Shown one piece after another: positions 23,221 through 32,584 of a stretch of DNA of 64,000 nucleotides. Every line of letters starts with the position of its first letter. The first letter of the stretch is position 1. A program made the position numbers and the translations under genes. The notes below the pieces were generated by a model. The model had not been told where the DNA came from, did no database searches, and worked only from the letters and a program-made list of their open reading frames with translations. Source of the stretch: an uncultured cyanobacterium (GTDB lineage: Bacteria > Cyanobacteriota > Cyanobacteriia > Phormidesmidales > Phormidesmidaceae); assembly GCA_963793265.1 (NCBI GenBank), contig CAWBZI010000001.1:1568001-1632000 (forward strand). Reading direction: 5' to 3'.

Positions 23221-24222
23221 ATGGCAACCGTGGAGTCGCAAACCAAAGCACAGGTCAAAGAAATCTATACGGACGGTGCCTGCTCGGGAAACCCAGGGCC
23301 GGGCGGCTGGGGTACCAGGGTCGAGTTTGCAGACGGGCAGGTGCACGAGCTAGGCGGTCGGGACAAGGCAACGACGAATAATCGGATGGAAATGCAGGCA
23401 GCGATCGCAGCTCTAGCCTTCCTGAACGAAACCAAACCAGACAGCGGCCCCGTTATCCTGCACACCGACAGCGAATACCTCAAAAACGGCATCACCAAAT
23501 GGATCAAAGGCTGGAAGCGAAAGGGGTGGAAAACCTCAGCCGGTAAGCCCGTACTCAACAAAGACCTGTGGCAGCAGCTCGATGAGCTTACACAGTCGCT
23601 TAGCGGGGAAGCGCTCACAATCGACTGGCGCTACGTACGCGGCCACGCAGGCAACCCTGGTAACGAGCGCTGCGACGAAATCGCCAGAGCCTTCTCCCAC
23701 AGCAGTCCTATTAACCTGAGTCAGTACAAAGCGGCAAGCAAAGCATCTAAAAGCGAAGCGTCCGTGAGTAAATCATCAAAAGAACAGCCCTCAGAAATCA
23801 ATTCAAACGCTGAAACGGTTGATACAGAAGTCGATCATAGAGATAGCTCACTAGATATCCCAGAAATAAATATTGGCACTACTGAAGAACCATTTCCAAG
23901 ACCAGCGCTAAAATCCTACGAAACAGACCCGCATCAAGGACAGCAGCCCGACATGGTAACTTCAGCAGAGAAACAGGGAAATGCCATCGGGATCAGTAGA
24001 ATAGAGCGTCTTACCAACACACTTAAAACCCTACAGGTCACGGATGAACTAGCCCAGCAGGGCTACCTGATTACGAGCGCAGAGCTAGCCGATCTCATGG
24101 ACGTAAACGCAAGCGCTGTAACGAGTAGAGGCGATTATTGGGCCTGGCGAAACTGGACAGTCTCACGCATTCGCCGTGAGGGCAATCAGATCCTCTGGCA
24201 GCTAGAGCGTATTGACGAGTAG
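23221..24222 (+). CDS. rnhA: Ribonuclease HI with C-terminal extension
   Basis: YTDGACSGNPGPGGWG, TTNNRME, TDSEY, VRGHAGNPGNERCD. Confidence 0.93.
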   Translation: MATVESQTKAQVKEIYTDGACSGNPGPGGWGTRVEFADGQVHELGGRDKATTNNRMEMQAAIAALAFLNETKPDSGPVILHTDSEYLKNGITKWIKGWKRKGWKTSAGKPVLNKDLWQQLDELTQSLSGEALTIDWRYVRGHAGNPGNERCDEIARAFSHSSPINLSQYKAASKASKSEASVSKSSKEQPSEINSNAETVDTEVDHRDSSLDIPEINIGTTEEPFPRPALKSYETDPHQGQQPDMVTSAEKQGNAIGISRIERLTNTLKTLQVTDELAQQGYLITSAELADLMDVNASAVTSRGDYWAWRNWTVSRIRREGNQILWQLERIDE

Positions 24223-24283
24223 GGCTAGATTTCCAAGCCTACTTCTACAGCCTGCCTTAAAGAATCTGAGTATCATTTAGCAC

Positions 24284-24631
<348 letters not shown>

Positions 24632-24721
24632 TCATCAGGGATAGGCATAGGAAGTATCTTATCTGCCTAATGCCTCTATGCACTAACGCCCCTATACAAA
24701 AGAGCAGGCAAAACCACGCCT

Positions 24722-25093
24722 TTAAAAGTCCGTACTTAAAACCACGCCCGTACGCCCCACAACGCGGCCCATGCCGACAGAAATCGGCAAACTACCACCG
24801 CTCATATCAAAACTGCCAGATTCATCTATCAGATCTCTAACCAGCGGAATATCCTTTAGCTGCAAGCCCACTGGCTCATTCAACCGCGCCTGCTCGGCAG
24901 CTATTTGGGTATTCATATTGTCAGCAACGCGGTCTAACGCAACAGATTGACTAGGCGTCTCGATACTGCGTGTTTGTAAAGGCAGCAGCGACTCTACAGG
25001 GCGAGCGTGAACAGCCTCGACTTCTACAAAGAGCTGAGTGGCACACAGTACAGAAACGCCCGTTACGAGGCGAGACATAAAAGTATTCAACAT
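24722..25093 (-). CDS. Hypothetical secreted protein
   Basis: Signal-like N-terminus ending AVHA; ORF fits the gap. Confidence 0.55.
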   Translation of the reverse strand: MLNTFMSRLVTGVSVLCATQLFVEVEAVHARPVESLLPLQTRSIETPSQSVALDRVADNMNTQIAAEQARLNEPVGLQLKDIPLVRDLIDESGSFDMSGGSLPISVGMGRVVGRTGVVLSTDF

Positions 25094-25256
25094 CGTTGAT
25101 CGCTATGAATGAATAATAGAAGCTCAGCCTAGCGACTATCTGGCTGCATAGAGAAGGCGATATCCGCTGGATACATAGTCGCTGGCAGTCGCCAGAACCG
25201 CTGATTTACGTAGAGCTTCCGTAACAAATGTAAATACTTCAGCAAGGCGCATGTTT

Positions 25257-25754
25257 TTACTGACTAGCAGTAGAGGGACTTTGCGGTCTAACACTGACGC
25301 CCGGTAGGTTATCAGGATCTCCGTCTGGTGCAATTACTTCCGGTAAAACGACTTCGCTAGGCGAAAAGCTCACCTGAGAATGCAGCCATTCTGTAATCAA
25401 GTGCGGGCAGTTCTTTTTGCTCCAGCGCAGCATGAAATATCTAAAAATAGGCTTTGAGCGCCGAGCAATCACCTTCATGAATCGGTTGAGCGGCTTTGAT
25501 TGAATGCGCTGGTTGAGCAAGTTGACAGAGCCTACGTCGTAGAGGCAGTCGGCAATGAGCCGCATCGTGACTTCTTCGCGCAAAAACATGCTCTCTAGCA
25601 GCATTTCGACGTCTCGCATTCGCGCCTCTTCTTTTTGCCGCTCGCGCCAGGTAATAGCGTCTCTGGAAGATTGCGATCGCCTTAACATAGTCAATTTAGG
25701 GAGAAAGTTCGTAAGAAAGTGCGGTAAGCGGAAAACGAATCTGCTTCGCGACAC
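25257..25754 (-). CDS. Hypothetical protein
   Basis: REE.T...I.DCLYDVGSVNL.N and W.KKNCP.LIT.WL..QV look like a conserved cyanobacterial family. Confidence 0.7.
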   Translation of the reverse strand: MSRSRFVFRLPHFLTNFLPKLTMLRRSQSSRDAITWRERQKEEARMRDVEMLLESMFLREEVTMRLIADCLYDVGSVNLLNQRIQSKPLNRFMKVIARRSKPIFRYFMLRWSKKNCPHLITEWLHSQVSFSPSEVVLPEVIAPDGDPDNLPGVSVRPQSPSTASQ

Positions 25755-25902
25755 AAAGGATTCACCAAAAGTTTACGAGAATTATCCTGTAAAAAAAATC
25801 TATCTTGCTAAATATTAGCAGTGGTGCCGATGAGCTACGGAGCTTGCAATTCCCTATAAGGAATTATCTACCAGCAAAACGATGTTTTGGTAGGTCAAAA
25901 GG

Positions 25903-26094
25903 ATGAGGAAAAATTTTGAATTAGTCAGCGAACTTGATCAGGTTGCTCGGCTTGAGTCAGAGGCTAAAGAACTCAGAAGAAAAGCCAGTGAGAAGAGAGC
26001 ACAAGCTGACGAAAACCTTCGGCATTGCCTAGAGCGTTTAAGCCAGCATATAGCCAGCAATAAAACTAAAAGCAGCGACAAAGTTAAGTCCTGA
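25903..26094 (+). CDS. Small coiled-coil protein (paralog 1)
   Basis: AAAGG just before ATG; aligns with the 26211 ORF. Confidence 0.6.
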   Translation: MRKNFELVSELDQVARLESEAKELRRKASEKRAQADENLRHCLERLSQHIASNKTKSSDKVKS

Positions 26095-26210
26095 AAGTGT
26101 GGAGTATAGCTGCTGCTTACTAAATCGGCTTTTTATATCGAAAAACTATATCTACTTATGGCCATCTCTCACCTGTGAGACTGCTTCCCAAGTATCCGAG
26201 AAACTAAGCA

Positions 26211-26462
26211 ATGACAAATATAAATAATGACTTAGGTAACATTTGGAATCTAAGATCAGACGCTGATGCTTTAACAGCAGAAGCGGCTCAAAAGAAAGAG
26301 CGTGCCGATAGCGAGCTAAAGGAAAAACTAGAAGAGTTAAAGGAACTGATTCAAGATTATCAGGAAGGGAAACAGGTATGCCCTGAGATCAGACAACTCA
26401 TGCGAACATATCCTTTACTTCAGGAGTATCACCCTGACTATTGGAAATTATGCGCGCTTTGA
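26211..26462 (+). CDS. Small coiled-coil protein (paralog 2)
   Basis: 14/45 ungapped identities to the 25903 ORF. Confidence 0.6.
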   Translation: MTNINNDLGNIWNLRSDADALTAEAAQKKERADSELKEKLEELKELIQDYQEGKQVCPEIRQLMRTYPLLQEYHPDYWKLCAL

Positions 26463-26471
26463 AATCAGACT

Positions 26472-28250
26472 TCAGTCTGATTCTTGAAGCTGACAAATAG
26501 ATAGCCTTATAAATTCGTAGAGTATGCCCTCTTTAGAGAGAGCGTTAGATGAACGGCCAAGTATGTTAGGAATCGTCGTTTCTGACATCGCTTTTAAGAC
26601 TTCTACGTAACTTAAAGCAGGTAGATCTAAAGCCAACTCTTCGTAGCAGGGCTTTTGGAATTGGCAGAGACAATCAGCTAAATGAGACAACAAAGTGTCC
26701 ATATCGGACTCAAGATGACGTGAAGCTGTGGAAGGATCGCTAATTTCACCGCCTGAACAATTTATCCAATATTGCTCAAGTGCTTGAGTTCTAACAGTTT
26801 CTCTGTTCTTCTTAAGCCAATCTCCAGCCTCACAAGCGCAACGCTTACTGAGTTCTAACTGCTGATTCTTCGCGTGTGCCTGTCGTTCGAGTTCATCAGC
26901 TTCTCTATATGCTTGATCTCGAGCTTTGACCTTATCCTCAATATCCAGGAGCAGATCTCTTGCAGTATTATCAATGTCTTTGTTTTCTAGAGACAACTTT
27001 TCTACGGCACCGACTACTTCATTAATAAGAGGGTGACTAGGCGAAGATGAGAGCAAATCGCTATCTAGGAGTCGAATAAGTTCCGTGATTTTCTGACGAA
27101 TTTCAGTTATTTCTTGTTTTCTTTTAGCTTCTTCTGTTGTCAGTAACGTGTGTACAATACCAAGGAGCTTAAGTTCGGGAGAATCTACAGTTTTTGTGGC
27201 GCTAGTCGTTTCAGCGTAGTCATCTACTATCAAGTTTAGGACACGATGCTTTTGGCAAAAGTCCACATCATATTTTGCCTGCCGCCAGCTCTCTGCCCTA
27301 GATAATTGAAGCTGCTCAATAGTTATCTGGGCTCTACTAAGGTGTGCACCCTCTAAATCAGCATCTTTCAGGCAAGCTCCCCGTAAGTTTGCCCCTTGCA
27401 AAAAAGCCCCCCGTAAGTCTGCCCCTTGCAAATCTGCTTTCGGCAGGATAGCTCTTTGTAAATTTGCCCGTCCGAGCTTTGCATTTCTCAAGTTGGTCAG
27501 TCTTTCTGCCGGTTTTCTATCAAAGCGAGTATCCCTTCCTTCTATATCATCTGGCTCGCTCGTGTCTAGATTGGCCTCTTCTAAGTCAGCGCCCCAAAGA
27601 TTTGAACCTTCAAGGTTTGCGCCACGCAGATTAGCTTGCTGAAGCTGAGCTATATACAAATTGGCTTTGTACAAATTCGCGCCCTGAAGAAGTGCGCATT
27701 TTAAGCTTGAGCGAGCTAAGTCTGCCTTTCTTAAATCTATCTCAATTAGATCTGCCCCGTCGGCGTCCAAGCCCCGAAGCGACCCTCCAGCCTGGTTGAT
27801 CTCTTCGAGCGCTTGAATTCTCGCACCGCTGGTTTCCGTACCGCGCGCGCCGTCAATTAATTGCCAAGCGACTCTCTCTGAGTGCTTTCGTCGATCCCGC
27901 GTATCTAAAATAAATATAGATAACGCTAAAAGAATACTAAAGTTCTGAACTTGACCTAACAGTTTTGAATGAGCTGATTTACATACAAAGAAATCCCAAG
28001 AGAAAGCAGGGCTCTTGCAGGTGAGGTTGCTGTCAGGCTCAAAAATTGCTGTTACGGCATAGATAGATAGAGTTAGTCCGAGCGCAGGTAATGTTAGAGC
28101 AATAAATTTTCTAACAGCCGGAATATCCTTCTTCATCCAGCAAAGCGGAGATCGCTTGACCCAGCGGAAAGCCTCTTTTGTGACTGAATAGATGGTAGGG
28201 GTTCGCTTCTTTATGTCCTCAGAAGTCCTAGTCATATCGATCCTAGTCAC
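26472..28250 (-). CDS. Membrane-anchored pentapeptide-repeat protein with helical C-terminal domain
   Basis: Two TMs, AWQLID...G..ARI.ALE.IN, A(D/N)LxG repeats, coiled-coil tail. Confidence 0.85.
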   Translation of the reverse strand: MTRIDMTRTSEDIKKRTPTIYSVTKEAFRWVKRSPLCWMKKDIPAVRKFIALTLPALGLTLSIYAVTAIFEPDSNLTCKSPAFSWDFFVCKSAHSKLLGQVQNFSILLALSIFILDTRDRRKHSERVAWQLIDGARGTETSGARIQALEEINQAGGSLRGLDADGADLIEIDLRKADLARSSLKCALLQGANLYKANLYIAQLQQANLRGANLEGSNLWGADLEEANLDTSEPDDIEGRDTRFDRKPAERLTNLRNAKLGRANLQRAILPKADLQGADLRGAFLQGANLRGACLKDADLEGAHLSRAQITIEQLQLSRAESWRQAKYDVDFCQKHRVLNLIVDDYAETTSATKTVDSPELKLLGIVHTLLTTEEAKRKQEITEIRQKITELIRLLDSDLLSSSPSHPLINEVVGAVEKLSLENKDIDNTARDLLLDIEDKVKARDQAYREADELERQAHAKNQQLELSKRCACEAGDWLKKNRETVRTQALEQYWINCSGGEISDPSTASRHLESDMDTLLSHLADCLCQFQKPCYEELALDLPALSYVEVLKAMSETTIPNILGRSSNALSKEGILYEFIRLSICQLQESD

Positions 28251-28301
28251 AGAAAAGTATTGCTTTAGGATTTCTAATTGCTAGCAAGTGATGGGCCTAG
28301 A

Positions 28302-28332
28302 GCCTAATCTTCTGTATATCAGAAGATTAGGC
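28302..28332. repeat. Perfect 13-bp inverted repeat
   Basis: GCCTAATCTTCTG-TATAT-CAGAAGATTAGGC. Confidence 0.85.
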
Positions 28333-28698
28333 ATCTTACTTACCAGAGAAATACTGACTAAATAGTAAGGCAAATTCCTGTAGTTTTTTCAATTTTATAT
28401 TTCCAAGATGTTAAGGGAAGCCAAGACTTAAGGTAATTGAAATCGGTATCTTCAGCCTGATTATCTAAGTTCTAAGGAATTTCTCTTCTGTAATGTGGCC
28501 TGAAAGCCATTTGTACCAGCGATCTGGCATCATCTTAAGAAGGTTCAGCCCAAACCGATCCGAGTCCACAGCTTTTTATCTGCTCAATTGGGTAAGCAAA
28601 CGCATAGGCACCTGGGATATAGATTGAACCGCTTGACCTTTACCGCTAAGATCATGACCTAAGAGATCGACCTACAAACAAAAAAGCATTCTCACTAG

Positions 28699-29709
28699 AT
28701 GACAGCAAAATACACCAGTCTCGAACTATGTGCCGGTGCTGGCGGGCAAGCCTTGGGTCTTGAGCAGACAGGGTTTGAACACGTGGCTCTCGTAGAGAAC
28801 GATTTGCATCCATGCAATACTCTGAGGTCAAATCGGCCTAGTTGGCCAGTTATTGAGACTGATCTGAAAACTTTTGACGCAAAAGCTTACGAAGGGGTTG
28901 ACCTTGTGGCCGGAGGTGTTCCGTGTCAACCTTTCAGCGCCGGGGGAAAGCAACTTGGCCTTCATGATGAGCGTGACCTTTTTCCTTCTGCCATTCGCGT
29001 TATCGCTGAATGTAGACCGAGACTGATCCTTTTAGAAAACGTCCGAGGCTTAGCAGATAAGAAGTTTTCAAGCTACAGAAAATGGATAATAAGCGAACTG
29101 CACGACTTGGGATATCAGTGCGAATGGAAAGTAGTCAATGCTGTTGACTATGGTGTATGCCAAGCAAGGTTACGCTTCATCCTTGTCGGCTATCTGGGCA
29201 CGTCTTCCTTATTTCCATGGCCAGAACCAGTAAAGCAAACGACGACTGTTGGCGAAGCTTTGCAAGATCTGATGGGCGAAAACGGGTGGCAAGGTTTAGA
29301 TAAATGGGTCAAACAGGCTAATGGTGTAGCCCCTTGCCTCGTTGGCGGCAGTAAAAAACACGGCGGTGCCGATTTAGGGCCGCAACGTGCCAAAAGGGAC
29401 TGGCTACGCTTGGGTGTTGATGGGAAGGGGCTTGCGAACACCGCACCTTCAACCGACTTCCAGGGCTTACCAAGATTAACAAACCTAATGGCTGCAAGGT
29501 TGCAGGGATTTCCCGACGACTGGCATTTTGCAAGCAAGAAAACGGCTACCTACCGGCAGATAGGCAATGCTTTTCCCTCGCCAGTGGCTAGAGCGATAGG
29601 TGAATCGCTAATTAGCTGGCTAGAAACGGATGGTCAAGCAGGCAAGCATCGTATTGAGAAAGCCTATTCAGAGCAATCTGCTCTACAGCTAGAACTCGCC
29701 GTTGGATAG
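28699..29709 (+). CDS. DNA (cytosine-5)-methyltransferase, M.NgoMIV/M.NaeI-like
   Basis: Motif I CAGAGG, IV GVPCQPFS, VI ENVRG, VIII Q.R.R, X QIGNA; TRD AP.LVGGSKKHGG.DLGP as recalled for GCCGGC-specific methyltransferases. Confidence 0.93.
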   Translation: MTAKYTSLELCAGAGGQALGLEQTGFEHVALVENDLHPCNTLRSNRPSWPVIETDLKTFDAKAYEGVDLVAGGVPCQPFSAGGKQLGLHDERDLFPSAIRVIAECRPRLILLENVRGLADKKFSSYRKWIISELHDLGYQCEWKVVNAVDYGVCQARLRFILVGYLGTSSLFPWPEPVKQTTTVGEALQDLMGENGWQGLDKWVKQANGVAPCLVGGSKKHGGADLGPQRAKRDWLRLGVDGKGLANTAPSTDFQGLPRLTNLMAARLQGFPDDWHFASKKTATYRQIGNAFPSPVARAIGESLISWLETDGQAGKHRIEKAYSEQSALQLELAVG

Positions 29710-30417
29710 AGTGTCCTCTGTTAGTTCACTGATAGCTTCAATGATCAATGCCTGTGGTGTGGTGGCACGTGATCGCGCTAACCTCTGCAACGATTCTCCT
29801 AACTCCTTAGTCAGTTGAATAGGAATAGTCTGACCATAGTGTTCTGGGAATGCCCACGCACATTGATTGCAGTCAACTTCGCACCCCATGCATGAGCGTC
29901 GTTTAGCAACGTTACAAGCAATGCAAAGCGGTTGCCAGTTTTGAATTTCGGAACCACCGCCTCTAATCAAAGGAACTTTGTGATCGGCTTGTAGCCCCTT
30001 TCCATCTGTTGCAAACTGCTGGGAACAAGCAGCACAACGATATTCGAAGACTTCAAATAGCTGCCTCTTTTGCGCGCCAGTAAGATACGTCCTATCAAAT
30101 GCCTCGCTTAAGCTGGCTGACAATAACCGATAAGCGTGAGAGCCATTATGAATGCCAGTTTCTATATCGCAACCCCTTTCATTGCGAAGCTCGCGTATAC
30201 GCCTATCAATGTATTTCTGATTTGTTAGCTCATAAAGTTGATCAGAAAGAACCCAATTCTTCGGGAAAGATTTGCTTGAATCCCATAGCGCCTTTAGCAC
30301 CAGTAGCTTCGCAGCACTAAGCTTCTTCGGCTTACCCGCTTTTGTTAAAACATGGTTCTCAACCTGACCAATGTATTCCTGAAATCCTTCGTTAGCTGAT
30401 AGATTTTGCTCAGGCAT
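29689..30417 (-). CDS. HNH endonuclease, probable type II restriction enzyme
   Basis: C..C, LQADHKVPL.RGG, NWQPLC..CN..K; N-terminal RRIRELRNE.G..I; ATG 30417 overlaps the controller stop. Confidence 0.8.
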   Translation of the reverse strand: MPEQNLSANEGFQEYIGQVENHVLTKAGKPKKLSAAKLLVLKALWDSSKSFPKNWVLSDQLYELTNQKYIDRRIRELRNERGCDIETGIHNGSHAYRLLSASLSEAFDRTYLTGAQKRQLFEVFEYRCAACSQQFATDGKGLQADHKVPLIRGGGSEIQNWQPLCIACNVAKRRSCMGCEVDCNQCAWAFPEHYGQTIPIQLTKELGESLQRLARSRATTPQALIIEAISELTEDTLSNGEF

Positions 30418-30673
30418 CACTACCTTGCCCTTGCTGAATAGCGCTCTCCAACTTTGCGGCAAACTCAGCTAATGAAATACCCATTGCCTGGCAGAAATGC
30501 CTAAGTTCAATGATGTCTATGCGCCTTTCGCCGCGTTCGCACTTACTAACAAAAGATTGAGTTTCATCTAGGGCAATAGCAATATCTTCCTGAGTCAGAC
30601 TCGCCTGAATACGAAGCTCCTTGAGGAGATTAAGAAAAATCTGATATTCTCCCGAGAAAAGAGCTTTCTCCAT
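30410..30673 (-). CDS. XRE-family HTH regulator (R-M controller-like)
   Basis: LTQEDIA..L..TQSFVSKCERGERRIDIIEL; immediately upstream of and coupled to the nuclease. Confidence 0.88.
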   Translation of the reverse strand: MEKALFSGEYQIFLNLLKELRIQASLTQEDIAIALDETQSFVSKCERGERRIDIIELRHFCQAMGISLAEFAAKLESAIQQGQGSDA

Positions 30674-30687
30674 CAGTGACCAGCCGT

Positions 30688-30737
30688 TGACTAGCCATCA
30701 ATTTATAGTCATTTATCGAATAGTCCAAGATCGACTA
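30688..30737. promoter_or_regulatory. Putative controller operator (C-box-like)
   Basis: GACTA/TAGTC half-sites at 30689, 30706, 30721 and 30733, forming two inverted pairs directly upstream of the XRE gene. Confidence 0.55.
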
Positions 30738-30871
30738 ATTTGCGAACGGTAGGGAAAAAATTTTAGCGTTTTCTGTCAGCTCTGCGTTTGTGGAGATAGC
30801 TATTAAGGTGAACTGCTGAAAGCTACGGGCACGATAAATCCACGGCAATCACTGATAAGGAATTAACCACT

Positions 30872-32401
30872 ATGCTGGCAAGAATTTGGAGTGCTTCGCT
30901 CATCGGGATTGATGCGCTAAAAGTCGGTGTGGAAGTTGATCTTTCAGGCGGCTTGCCCGGTGTGGTGATTGTGGGCTTACCGGATACAGCGGTGCAGGAG
31001 TCACGTGAGCGAGTGCGGGCGGCGCTGAAGAATGCGGGGTTTGCCTTTCCGATGCGTAAGGTGGTGATTAATCTCACCCCGGCAGATGTGCGTAAGGAAG
31101 GGCCAATTTATGATTTGCCGATTGCCGTTGGGATTTTGGCTGCATCGGAGGCGGTGGCCCAGACTTGTTTGGATGACTATTTGTTTTTGGGTGAGATGTC
31201 TTTAGATGGGACGCTGAGGCCGGTGGCGGGTGTGGTTGCGATCGCTGCTGCCGCCCGTAGACTCGGACTAAAAGGACTGGTTCTCCCAGCAGACAATGCT
31301 TACGAAGCCGCTGTCGTGCCTGGCCTAGAGGTGTATGGCTTTAAGCATTTATCTGAGGTGACAGACTTTTTGAATCATCCTGAGAGTCAGGAGCCGGTAA
31401 AGGTGAATGCGCCCGAGGAATTGTTGCGATCGCCCGCCCCCAGCGAAGACTTGCGTGATGTAAAAGGCCAAGCCCAAGCCCGCCGCGCCCTAGAAATTGC
31501 CGCAGCAGGCGGACACAACCTTTGTCTCATCGGCCCACCCGGCAGCGGCAAAACCATGCTCGCCCAGCGCCTACCCGGCATACTGCCACCCCTTACCTTC
31601 GCTGAAGCCTTAGAAGTCACCCAAATCCACTCCGTCGCCGGACTTCTCAAAGAAAAAGGCAGCTTAGTCAACCAGCGCCCCTTTCGCACTCCGCATCACT
31701 CAGCCTCCGGCCCTTCCCTAGTGGGCGGCGGCAGCTATCCCAAACCCGGCGAAATCTCACTCGCGCACCGAGGCGTTCTCTTCCTAGACGAACTTACCGA
31801 ATTCAAACGCAGCGTCCTCGAATTCTTACGCCAGCCCTTAGAAGACGGCAAAGTCACCATCTCTCGCACCCGCCAATCCGTAGAATTTCCCGCTCAGTTC
31901 ACCCTAGTCTCTAGCACCAATCCCTGCCCCTGCGGCTACTTCGGTGACACCGTACAGCCCTGCACCTGCACCCCTCGCAACCGTGAGCAATATTGGGCCA
32001 AGCTCTCAGGCCCCCTCATGGATCGCATTGACTTGCAGGTAATCGTAGGTCGTCTCAAACCCGAAGAAGTGACCCGCCAGCCTGAAGGCGAAGATTCTAC
32101 AACCGTCAGAGCGAGAGTAGAAGCCGCCCGTCATCGCGCCCAGACTCGGTTTGCTGAAGCACCCTCCTTGCAGTGCAACGCGGATATGCAGAGCCGCCAT
32201 ATCCGCGAATGGTGCCCTTTTGACGAAAGCACACGTAGCTTAATCGAAGGTGCCGTGCGCAAATTAGGGCTTTCTGCTCGCGCCACAGATCGCATTCTCA
32301 AAGTGGCTCGCACTATCGCTGACTTAGGCGATGCGCCTCATATCGAAACCCAGCACGTCGCTGAGGCCATCCAATATCGCACCATCGACCGAATGCAGTA
32401 A
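30872..32401 (+). CDS. comM: YifB/ComM Mg-chelatase-like AAA+ ATPase
   Basis: VGLPDTAVQESRERVRAA, GPPGSGKTM, PGEISLAHRGVLFLDE, NPCPCGY, LSARA..R.LKVARTIADL. Confidence 0.93.
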   Translation: MLARIWSASLIGIDALKVGVEVDLSGGLPGVVIVGLPDTAVQESRERVRAALKNAGFAFPMRKVVINLTPADVRKEGPIYDLPIAVGILAASEAVAQTCLDDYLFLGEMSLDGTLRPVAGVVAIAAAARRLGLKGLVLPADNAYEAAVVPGLEVYGFKHLSEVTDFLNHPESQEPVKVNAPEELLRSPAPSEDLRDVKGQAQARRALEIAAAGGHNLCLIGPPGSGKTMLAQRLPGILPPLTFAEALEVTQIHSVAGLLKEKGSLVNQRPFRTPHHSASGPSLVGGGSYPKPGEISLAHRGVLFLDELTEFKRSVLEFLRQPLEDGKVTISRTRQSVEFPAQFTLVSSTNPCPCGYFGDTVQPCTCTPRNREQYWAKLSGPLMDRIDLQVIVGRLKPEEVTRQPEGEDSTTVRARVEAARHRAQTRFAEAPSLQCNADMQSRHIREWCPFDESTRSLIEGAVRKLGLSARATDRILKVARTIADLGDAPHIETQHVAEAIQYRTIDRMQ

Positions 32402-32584
32402 ACACGACAATATTTTGGCTACTACCCCTGCATTTCGGGTTTATGTCCCCAGACACAGAGCTAGTGTTGGCCAGTTAGCTACTATTTACTCGTCATATAA
32501 AAATAAACTGGTCATTACGCAAAAAAGTACTTAAGTACATATAGGCTTTTTTGTGGTCATTGTTTTACGAGGAGTAACCGAGTC

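Larger units (their letters stand above)
25833..30865. mobile_element. Horizontally acquired defence-type island upstream of comM
   Basis: No HIP1 seen between 25680 and 31238, visibly AT-richer, R-M genes inside, degenerate direct repeat at both ends; no integrase or transposase visible. Confidence 0.6.

Noticed and set aside
25215..25240. Candidate NtcA site
   Set aside because: Spacing does not fit GTA-N8-TAC.
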